Part shown: positions 56,585 to 64,000 of the stretch, piece after piece
Layout: each line of letters opens with the position of its first letter
Numbering within the stretch: the stretch's first letter is position 1
NCBI GenBank assembly: GCA_016235455.1
Contig: JACRKZ010000057.1
Span: forward strand, 24,269 to 88,268
Length of the DNA: 64,000 nt
Direction: 5' to 3'
Source of the DNA: Armatimonadota bacterium
GTDB lineage: Bacteria > Armatimonadota > UBA10988
Notes under the pieces: generated by a model
What the model saw: the letters and a program-made list of their open reading frames with translations, nothing else
The model's database searches: none
Told to the model about the DNA's origin: nothing
Position numbers and translations under genes: made by a program

Positions 56585-58857
56585 AGGCCGCCTCCCTGTG
56601 GTCGCGCGGGCGCGTGGTCGTGCTGCTGGTTGCGGTCTGCGCGGCCATGTCGCTGATGACGCCCGAGTTCGCTACGCTGGAGAACGCGGGCAACCTGGCG
56701 CGTTCGACCAGTTGCGATCTGCTGGCCGCGATCGGCTTCACGCTGGTCATGCTCGTCGGCCAACTTGACCTGTCCATCGGCGTGACCATGACCCTCGGCG
56801 GCACGACGCTGCTGACCGTGGGCAATGCCTGGCCGGCGGGCGGATGGCTGCCCGCGGTGCTGGCCACCATGCTGGTCGGCGCCCTGGTCGGCCTGTTCAA
56901 CGGCTTGCTCGTCACCAAGGCGCGCATCAACTCGTTCATCGTCACGCTGGGCACCATGACCATCCTGCAGGGGCTGTGCCGCGCCGTGCTGCATGGCGGC
57001 AGCCTGGCCCTGGCCAACGCCCAACGCGGCTCGGCCATGACTGACTGGTTGCAGCCGGCGGGCCTGTTCTCGCCGCGCGTGCTGCTGGTGCTCGTGCCGC
57101 TGACGCTGGTCGAGTGGTGGCTGCGGCGCACGCGTGCCGGCCGGGGGCTGTACCTGGTTGGCGGCCAGCGTGACAGTGCCTGGTACGCCGGTCTGCCCGT
57201 CGACCGCTACGTGATCGGTGCGTTCGTGGCGTCGGGCCTGCTGGCCGCGTGTGGCGGCGCGCTGACTACCGCCGCGCAGAACACGGTCATGCCCAACCTG
57301 GGCGACAAGTCGCTGATGCTGGTGGTAGCCGCGGTCATCGTCGGCGGCACGGCCATGGCCGGCGGACGCGGCAGCGTGGTGCTCAGCGCCGTGGCCTTGG
57401 TGACGCTCAACGCGCTGACGATCGGGCTGAGCTTCATGGGCGCGAGCAAGTCGGCCAAGCTCGTGGCCCATGGCCTGGTGCTGGCCGGCGTGGTACTGGC
57501 CGATGCGCTGCGCACCGTCCACCGCGACCGCGTGCGCGGCCAGCGCCGCGAACTGCTCTTGGAACTGGCGGGCCGAGCGCGGCCCGGGGATGATGCCGAG
57601 GGAGAAGACGATATGGAGAGCCTGCGCCGTGAACGCACCGTGGCCATGGTCTGTGTCAGCGTGACCGCCTGCGTGGCCATCGTAGCCATCTACGCCATGT
57701 GGTCGGGCCGCCAGGCGCCCGCGCCGACCGCAACCGTGGTGGCCCAAGCGCCCGGCAAGCCGGCCGCCGCGCCGGCCGCCGAGAAACCGGCCGTGGACCC
57801 GTCTTCGCTCAAGGCCACCGACGGGCAGCCGCTGGTCTGGCTCGACACCTCGGCGCTCCGGTCACCGCCGCGGCCCAGCGACCCCACTGCGCTGCCGGAG
57901 GCCGACCCGCTGCACTGGTTCGACTCGGAGTACTCGGGGTGGAACGCGCCCAAGCTGGCCATGCCGCCGAGCCCCCGGAGCGGACCCAAGGGCAAGCGCG
58001 TGGTCTCGCTGCAGTACATGAACCACCCCTACTGGCAGTCCTACTCCAACGGCATGAAGCGACTGGCCGAAGCCTACGGCGTCGACCTGACCATCATGGA
58101 GGCCGGTAACGATGTGAAGGTGCAGATGGACCAGGTGGAGCAGGCTATCCAGAAGAAGCCCGACCTGGTCGTGCTGACGCCGGTCGACTCCAAGGGCGCC
58201 GTGCCCATGCTCAAACGGCTGTACGACGCCAAGGTGCCGACCATCGCCAGCAACCTGCTGCCGGTGGACGAGGGCATGAAGTACGTCATCACCTGGACCG
58301 GTCCGGACGACTGGGGCCAGTTCCGCATGTTGGCGCGCGAGTTCGCCCAGAAGATGGGTAACCAGGGCGGCTACGCCGTGGTCCGCCACATCGCCGGCAC
58401 GAGCTGCTTCTACTCGCGCACCTATGGCGCGCTGTCCGAGCTGGCCAAGGTCGCTCCAGCCATGAAGTGCCTGGACATGCAGACCACCGAACTGAAGACC
58501 GAGGAGACCAAGACGCAAGTCGCCGCCTGGCTCAAGAAGTTCGGCAGTGAGCTCAAGGGCATCGTCAGCGCCGACGACTCCAAGGCGCAGGTGGGCATCA
58601 ACGAGGCGCTCAAGGCCGCCGGCCGCACCGACGTGATCTGCGTGGCCGCGGGCTCCAGCCGGACCGGACTGGAACTCATCAAGGCAGGCCAACTGCACGC
58701 TATCACCTACCAGTCGGCGGAAGCCGACGGCGCGTTGCCGATCGAGATCGCCGTGCGCTGGTTCCGAGGCGAAGCCATCACCCGGCCGGTCTACTACCTG
58801 CAGAAGGCGGTCATCACCAAGGCCAACGTCGACCAGTACCTGCCGGCGCAGTGGTAG
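56581..58857 (+). CDS. Fused ABC permease + substrate-binding protein (RbsC-RbsB type)
   Basis: N-terminal permease (LDLSIG, INSFIVTLG, AVIVGGTAMAGGRG) continues in frame into a type I PBP (NHPYW, VLTPVD, TGPDDW, ITYQS, VITKANVD). Confidence 0.9.
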   Translation: MKAASLWSRGRVVVLLVAVCAAMSLMTPEFATLENAGNLARSTSCDLLAAIGFTLVMLVGQLDLSIGVTMTLGGTTLLTVGNAWPAGGWLPAVLATMLVGALVGLFNGLLVTKARINSFIVTLGTMTILQGLCRAVLHGGSLALANAQRGSAMTDWLQPAGLFSPRVLLVLVPLTLVEWWLRRTRAGRGLYLVGGQRDSAWYAGLPVDRYVIGAFVASGLLAACGGALTTAAQNTVMPNLGDKSLMLVVAAVIVGGTAMAGGRGSVVLSAVALVTLNALTIGLSFMGASKSAKLVAHGLVLAGVVLADALRTVHRDRVRGQRRELLLELAGRARPGDDAEGEDDMESLRRERTVAMVCVSVTACVAIVAIYAMWSGRQAPAPTATVVAQAPGKPAAAPAAEKPAVDPSSLKATDGQPLVWLDTSALRSPPRPSDPTALPEADPLHWFDSEYSGWNAPKLAMPPSPRSGPKGKRVVSLQYMNHPYWQSYSNGMKRLAEAYGVDLTIMEAGNDVKVQMDQVEQAIQKKPDLVVLTPVDSKGAVPMLKRLYDAKVPTIASNLLPVDEGMKYVITWTGPDDWGQFRMLAREFAQKMGNQGGYAVVRHIAGTSCFYSRTYGALSELAKVAPAMKCLDMQTTELKTEETKTQVAAWLKKFGSELKGIVSADDSKAQVGINEALKAAGRTDVICVAAGSSRTGLELIKAGQLHAITYQSAEADGALPIEIAVRWFRGEAITRPVYYLQKAVITKANVDQYLPAQW

Positions 58858-58866
58858 CGGCGCCGG

Positions 58867-59467
58867 TCAGACGGCGGCCGCCAGCCACAGCGTGAACCAC
58901 AACGTCCACGCGGTCTCCCACAGGCCGACGCGCCGGAGCGCCGGTGGGTGGCTGAGCCAGCGCAGGCCCACGGCCACGCGCCACGCCGCCGCCAGCCATG
59001 GCGGGGCCAGCGCCGGCGACGCCGAGGCCAGGGCCAGGCCGAGCACACACATCGCGCCGCCGAGTGCGACGTTGTGTCGCACGGTGGGCTGTCGCAGCCA
59101 CGACTCACCGTCCCGGCGTCGGCGTGGCGCGGTCAGCACCATGCGCACGTTGGTCACCGCGCCGGCGTAGAACAGCGCGTCGGCCAGCCACAGCGCCGCG
59201 CCACGCCCGGGGTCCGCCGCTGAACTCGCGGCGACGCCCAGCGCGGCCGGCAGCGCGAACCCGAGCACCCCGAGCAACTGCACGGCCAACGTGCCCCGGC
59301 CGCGGCCGCTCTGGGCCAACCACGAGCGCGCCGACTGAGAGCGCCGCCCACGCGGCCAGTGGCCGGCCAGCCCACAGGCCCAGGCCGAGGCTGCACAGCA
59401 GCATGACCCAGGCGCCGTGCTCGCGCGGCACCGCCATGCGCCACTCCGACTGGTTCTGGGTAGTCAT
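58867..59467 (-). pseudogene. YwiC-like membrane protein gene, frameshifted near 59320
   Basis: PREHGAWVMLL signature in one frame (ATG 59467); hydrophobic C-terminal part ending RRVGLWE in another frame (58867-59319). Confidence 0.65.
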
Positions 59468-59507
59468 GATTGCATCATGGCACGCTGCGACGATCCGTCG
59501 CCGATTC

Positions 59508-59529
59508 TTCTGGAGTTTTTCATCCATAA
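59508..59529. promoter_or_regulatory. Putative Rrf2 operator next to a -10 element
   Basis: TTCTGGA-N8-TCCATAA imperfect palindrome in an AT-rich patch; TACAAT at 59533-59538. Confidence 0.5.
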
Positions 59530-59581
59530 TGGTACAATAGACGTGGCCACGACCAGCATAGGGCCAGGACGGTGGTGCGAG

Positions 59582-60013
59582 ATGTTGTCCCAGACCGTTG
59601 AGTACGCATTGAGGGCGGTGGTATGCCTGGCGAGCTCTCCAGAGTCGCGGCTGACCACGCCGCAGATCGCCGAGGCCACCAAGGTGCCCGCGGGCTATCT
59701 GTCCAAGGTGCTCCAGTCGTTGGGGCGCGCCGGCATCGTGGAATCGCAGCGCGGCCTGGGTGGCGGATTCACGCTGCGCAAGCGCGCCGAGGTGCTGACC
59801 GTGCTGGAAGTGATCAACGCCGTCGACCCGATCCAGCGTATCCACCGCTGCCCCATCGACAAGCCCGAACATGAGCTTGAGCTGTGCCCGCTGCACAAGC
59901 GCGTGGACGATGCCATCGCGCACATCGAGAGTGCTTTCGCCAACTCCATCATCGCTGAGATTCTGGCCGAGAAGCCGACTGGCTGCGATTTGCACGTCGA
60001 TCTGAGTACTTGA
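59582..60013 (+). CDS. Rrf2-family transcriptional regulator
   Basis: SQTVEYALRA, YLSKVLQSL, SQRGLGGGF.L, CPI...LCPLH. Confidence 0.95.
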   Translation: MLSQTVEYALRAVVCLASSPESRLTTPQIAEATKVPAGYLSKVLQSLGRAGIVESQRGLGGGFTLRKRAEVLTVLEVINAVDPIQRIHRCPIDKPEHELELCPLHKRVDDAIAHIESAFANSIIAEILAEKPTGCDLHVDLST

Positions 60014-60048
60014 TCGTAAGGCTCGGCGGCGGCTATCCTGCCGGTGCT

Positions 60049-61890
60049 ATGACGACACGAACGGCTCGATGGTGGTGGGTGGCGCTTGGCCTGGCGGCCG
60101 AGCTGGCGGCGACGGCGGCGGATCTGACCACCGACCTCTGCGTCTATGGCGGCACGGCCGGCGGGGTGGCCTGCGCCGTGCAGGGCACGCGCCAGGGCCT
60201 CAGGGTGGTGCTTGTCGAGCCGAGCCAGCATCTTGGCGGATTGACCACTGGCGGTCTGGGCGCCACCGATGTGGGTGCCGGCCGCAGCATTGGCGGCATG
60301 GCCCGCGAGTTCTACACCAGGGTCCGCGACCACTACGTGACCACCTACGGCGCGACCTCGAAGCAGGCCGCCGATTCCCACGGCGGGTACCGCTTCGAGC
60401 CGAGCGTGGCCGAGAAGCTGATCGACGGCTGGCTGGAGGGCACCGGGGTCACGGTGTTGCGCGGCGCACGGCTGGCGGGGGTCACCAAGGCGGGCAACCG
60501 CATCACCCGCGCCGACTTTGGTGACGGTAGCCGGGTCAACGCCAAAGTCTTTGTAGACACCACCTACGAAGGCGATCTGATGGCCGCCGCGGGCGTGTCC
60601 TACCACGTCGGGCGCGAGGCCAACACGGTCTACGGCGAGACCCTCAACGGCCGGCAGTTCCAGAACAACCACAACTTCCGCGTGCCCATCGACCCGTACG
60701 TCGAGCCCGGCAAGCCCGAGAGCGGCCTGCTGTGGGGCATCTCGGCCGAGCCGCCGGGCACGGCGGGCGAAGGTGACCGGGCCGTGCAGGCCTACAACTT
60801 CCGCATGTGCCTGACCAAGGCGGCCGACAAGCTGCCCATCGCCAAGCCCGACGGCTACGATCCGGCTCGGTATGAGCTGTTGCTACGCTATCTGCAGGCC
60901 GGCGTGTGGGATGCGCTGCGGCTCACGACGCCCATGCCCAACGGCAAGACCGACACCAACAACTTCGGCGGCTTCTCCACCGACTACATCGGTGGCAACC
61001 ACGCCTATCCCGAGGCCGACCAGCCCACGCGCGAGCGCATCATCGCTGACCACCGCTGCTATCAGCAGGGCCTGATGTACTTCCTGGCCAACGACGAGCG
61101 GGTGCCCGAGAGCGTCCGCCGCGAGGCGGCCGCATGGGGCTTGCCGCGCGACGAGTTCCTCGACAACGGCGGCTGGGCGCGCCAGTTGTACGTGCGCGAA
61201 GCCCGGCGCATGATCGGCGCCTACGTGATGACCGAGGCTAATTGCCGCGGCAGAATCGTCGCGACCGATAGCATCGGGCTGGCCAGCTATGGTATGGACA
61301 GTCACAACTGCCGGCGCGTGGTCATTGACGGCCGCGTGCGCAACGAGGGCAACGTCGAAGTCGGCGTGGCAGGGCCGTACCCCATCGGCTACGGTGCCAT
61401 CACGCCTCGCGAGGAGCAGTGCGCCAATCTGCTGGTGCCCATCTGCCTCTCGGCCAGCCACATTGCCTATGGCAGCATTCGGATGGAGCCGGTGTTCATG
61501 ATCACCGGGCAGTCGGCCGCCGTGGCTGCAGCGCTGGCCATCAAGGCCGGCGGCGCGGTGCAGGCGGTCGACCGCGCCGCGCTGCGCGAGCGGTTGCTCG
61601 CGGGCGAGCAGGTGCTCGAATGGGTCCGCGGGCCCAACGACGACGAGTCGGCGTCCAAAGCGCCGGCCATCGACCCCAAGTCGCTGCCGGGCATCACGCT
61701 CGACGACGCCGAGGGCAAGCGCAGCGGGCCATGGGTGGCGTCCACCGTGGCCGGCAACCGCCTGGTGGGTACGGGCTACCTGCACGACGGCAATGAGCAC
61801 AAGGGCGAAGTGAGCATCACCTGGGTCACCAGGCTGCCCGAAGAAGTTCGAGGCCGGCGCGGTGATCTCCGTGACGGTTTCGAACCGTGA
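60049..61890 (+). CDS. FAD-dependent oxidoreductase (FAD_oxidored family) with a truncated C-terminal golvesin/xanthan-lyase-CBM-like domain
   Basis: VYGGTAGG, GGLTTGGLG, DTTYEGDL, QAYNFR, YVREARR, ASHIAYGSIRMEP; domain end displaced into another frame (61841-61948). Confidence 0.88.
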   Translation: MTTRTARWWWVALGLAAELAATAADLTTDLCVYGGTAGGVACAVQGTRQGLRVVLVEPSQHLGGLTTGGLGATDVGAGRSIGGMAREFYTRVRDHYVTTYGATSKQAADSHGGYRFEPSVAEKLIDGWLEGTGVTVLRGARLAGVTKAGNRITRADFGDGSRVNAKVFVDTTYEGDLMAAAGVSYHVGREANTVYGETLNGRQFQNNHNFRVPIDPYVEPGKPESGLLWGISAEPPGTAGEGDRAVQAYNFRMCLTKAADKLPIAKPDGYDPARYELLLRYLQAGVWDALRLTTPMPNGKTDTNNFGGFSTDYIGGNHAYPEADQPTRERIIADHRCYQQGLMYFLANDERVPESVRREAAAWGLPRDEFLDNGGWARQLYVREARRMIGAYVMTEANCRGRIVATDSIGLASYGMDSHNCRRVVIDGRVRNEGNVEVGVAGPYPIGYGAITPREEQCANLLVPICLSASHIAYGSIRMEPVFMITGQSAAVAAALAIKAGGAVQAVDRAALRERLLAGEQVLEWVRGPNDDESASKAPAIDPKSLPGITLDDAEGKRSGPWVASTVAGNRLVGTGYLHDGNEHKGEVSITWVTRLPEEVRGRRGDLRDGFEP

Positions 61891-61990
61891 CACAGACGGG
61901 TATGTAGTGGCTGACGGGCTAGCGTTTCTGCCGCATAACGGCGGATAAGCCCGCTGCCCAACGACGGTTGAGCAGGTGCTGGAGACGGCC

Positions 61991-62548
61991 ATGATCGCGA
62001 TTCGCAACAAGCGAGACAAGCGGGTGGTACTCCAAGTCCGAGCCGACGACCTGGAGGGCCTGGAACTGGTCGAGTTGAGCCTGCCGGGTATCGACCTGAA
62101 CGGCGAGAAGCTGCGCCGCTGCACCTTTCAGGGCAGCGATCTGACCGGCTCCGATCTGGGCAACGCCGACCTCGGCCAAAGTACCGTGGTGGGCACCTCG
62201 CTGGCGCACTGCGATCTCTTCGAAGCCAACCTGCGTGGCTTGCGTGTGGACGATTCCGACTTCTCCGGCGCCGACCTGGGACGAGCGGATCTGGGCAGTT
62301 GCCGCATCACCGCCGCCTGCTTCTTCGGCGCCAATCTGCGTGGTGCCTCGCTGCGGGGCGCGCGCCTGCTGGGTGTCGACTTCACCGAGGCGCTGCTGTA
62401 CGGCACAGATTTCAGCGGGGCGGAGCTGGAAGAGGTAGACTTGACCGACGCCGCCTACGACGACGACACGGTCTGGCCGCTGGGCTTCAACCCGCGCCGC
62501 CGTGGGGCCGCCCACGTGGCGAATCTGGACTCCGAGACTCTGGCATGA
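61991..62548 (+). CDS. Pentapeptide repeat protein
   Basis: Runs of A(D/N)L.G / SDF.. pentapeptides; terminal [11 protein letters not shown]; GGAG SD. Confidence 0.92.
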   Translation: MIAIRNKRDKRVVLQVRADDLEGLELVELSLPGIDLNGEKLRRCTFQGSDLTGSDLGNADLGQSTVVGTSLAHCDLFEANLRGLRVDDSDFSGADLGRADLGSCRITAACFFGANLRGASLRGARLLGVDFTEALLYGTDFSGAELEEVDLTDAAYDDDTVWPLGFNPRRRGAAHVANLDSETLA

Positions 62549-63465
62549 ACTGGTTCGAACAGGGCGGGCCGCTGGCGTTGGTCGTTTGGCTCAACCAGCA
62601 CCTCGGTCCTTCCTGCGAAGGCATCGTCCGCGGCTTCCACCTCGCGGGTCAGGGCGTCTTCTACCTGCTCATCCTGGCGCCACTCTACTGGGTGGTCGAC
62701 CCGCGCCTGGGCCGTCGGTTAGCCGTGCGCTTCATGCTCAGCGCCTGCCTCAACTCCTGGGTCAAGAGCCTGTTCATGCGGCCTCGCCCGTTCGAGCAGA
62801 GCGCATACATCCGACCCATTGTCACCGAGCACTCGCCCGGCATCCCCAGCGGCCACGCCCAGCACGCCGTGACCGTGTGGGGCAGTCTGGCGCGCTGGCT
62901 GCGCCGGCGCTGGCTGACCGTCGGGGTCGTGGTGTTCTGCCTGAGCATGGGCCTGTCCCGCATGGTGGCCGGTGTCCACTATCCGCAAGACGTGCTTACC
63001 GGCTGGCTGCTCGGCCTGGGCCTGATCGTCGCCTCCGAGCGCGCCGAGGCACGCTGGCTACCGGCGCTGCGGGCGGCAGGTCCGCGGCGCCAGGTGGAGA
63101 TCGCCGCCGGCGCGGTGCTGCTCGCGGCGCTGCTGACCCGGCTGCTCGCCGCGCGCCGCGGCGCGGGGCTGCAGGAGGCCGCCGCGCCGCTGGGCATGAT
63201 GCTCGGCTTGCTGTTCGGCATCATCTGGGAGCGCGCCCAGCTGCGCTTCCAGCCGCCGGCCGGCGTCCCGGCCCGTGTGCTGGGTGCCGTCCTGGGCCTG
63301 GCCACGCTGCTCGGGCTGCAGGCCGCGCTGGTGCACCGCGGTCAGCCCATCGGCCTGGCCTTCTTGGCCCATGTGGTGCTGGGACTGTGGCTGGCAGTGG
63401 GCGTGCCGGCGCTGCTGGTGCGCGTGCGCCTGGCGGATTCGGCGCCGCGGGAGGAGCCGCAATGA
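62545..63465 (+). CDS. PAP2-family membrane phosphatase
   Basis: [27 protein letters not shown]. Confidence 0.93.
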   Translation: MNWFEQGGPLALVVWLNQHLGPSCEGIVRGFHLAGQGVFYLLILAPLYWVVDPRLGRRLAVRFMLSACLNSWVKSLFMRPRPFEQSAYIRPIVTEHSPGIPSGHAQHAVTVWGSLARWLRRRWLTVGVVVFCLSMGLSRMVAGVHYPQDVLTGWLLGLGLIVASERAEARWLPALRAAGPRRQVEIAAGAVLLAALLTRLLAARRGAGLQEAAAPLGMMLGLLFGIIWERAQLRFQPPAGVPARVLGAVLGLATLLGLQAALVHRGQPIGLAFLAHVVLGLWLAVGVPALLVRVRLADSAPREEPQ

Positions 63466-63854
63466 GTGAGGCCGAGGAGCGCCTGCCGCTGGTCGAGCGC
63501 CAGCAACGTGTCGCCGCCGCCGTGGGCATCACCGAGGCGCGGCGCCACATTCTGCTGTGCTGCGACCAGACCGAACCCAAGTGCTGCGACAAAGAGCGCA
63601 GCCTGGTGGCCTGGACCTACCTCAAGACGCGGCTCAAGGAACTGGGCTTGAGCGAGCACGGCGGCATCCTGCGCACCAAGGCCTACTGCCTGCGGGTCTG
63701 CCTCGGCGGCCCGGTGGCGGTGGTCTACCCCGATGGTGTGTGGTACGGCGAGTGCGATCCGCCGGTGCTCGAGCGTATCATCACCGAGCATCTGCTCGGC
63801 GGTCAGCCGGTGGCCGAGCACCAGATCCTAGTGCATCCGCTCAGCGGCGAGTAG
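63462..63854 (+). CDS. Thioredoxin-like [2Fe-2S] ferredoxin
   Basis: [44 protein letters not shown]. Confidence 0.92.
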   Translation: MSEAEERLPLVERQQRVAAAVGITEARRHILLCCDQTEPKCCDKERSLVAWTYLKTRLKELGLSEHGGILRTKAYCLRVCLGGPVAVVYPDGVWYGECDPPVLERIITEHLLGGQPVAEHQILVHPLSGE

Positions 63855-63932
63855 GGCAGGAGCCCGGCGGCCCGCCGCGAATGGTCACCACGGCCGAGCG
63901 CGAGCGCGAGCGCGTTGGCTGGGAGTGCCGCC

Positions 63933-64000
63933 ATGTCGACATCGAGACGCGAGTTCCTCAGAGGGTCTGCCCTGGCCGGGCTGGGCCTCTACTTTGCACG
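63933..64000 (+). CDS. Start of a Tat-exported protein, truncated by the window edge
   Basis: MSTSRREFLRGSALAGLG twin-arginine motif; GGGAG SD. Confidence 0.75.
   Translation, partial: MSTSRREFLRGSALAGLGLYFA

Overview
A gene-dense, high-GC bacterial chromosome segment, almost entirely core or metabolic. It holds about 60 CDS and two tRNAs, Pro(CGG) and Leu(CAG), both without an encoded CCA. I found no CRISPR array, integrase, transposase or prophage. Gene style suggests a poorly studied lineage, possibly Armatimonadota, but that is only my inference. Recognisable blocks: (1) response regulator - tRNA nucleotidyltransferase - M50 protease - trpS - scpA - scpB - DD-carboxypeptidase - rluB; (2) pgi, GH38 mannosidase, aroK, queF; (3) accB-hom-purC-apgM-like-tilS; (4) radical SAM fusion - ispH - amrS; (5) citrate synthase, a sugar ABC transporter and an Rrf2 regulator. 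Most notable observations: an OlsF-like bifunctional acyltransferase paired with an OlsG/PmtA-like methyltransferase (candidate N-methylated ornithine-lipid pathway); an ABC permease fused in frame to its substrate-binding protein, with an internal SD+ATG; an ApgM homologue missing its phosphoacceptor Ser and one metal site; four intergenic palindromes built on a 9-nt period, one inside a MITE-like element next to tRNA-Leu; two nearby genes broken by frameshifts or deletions; and several apparently leaderless transcripts. All calls come from motif reading by eye; no database searches were run.
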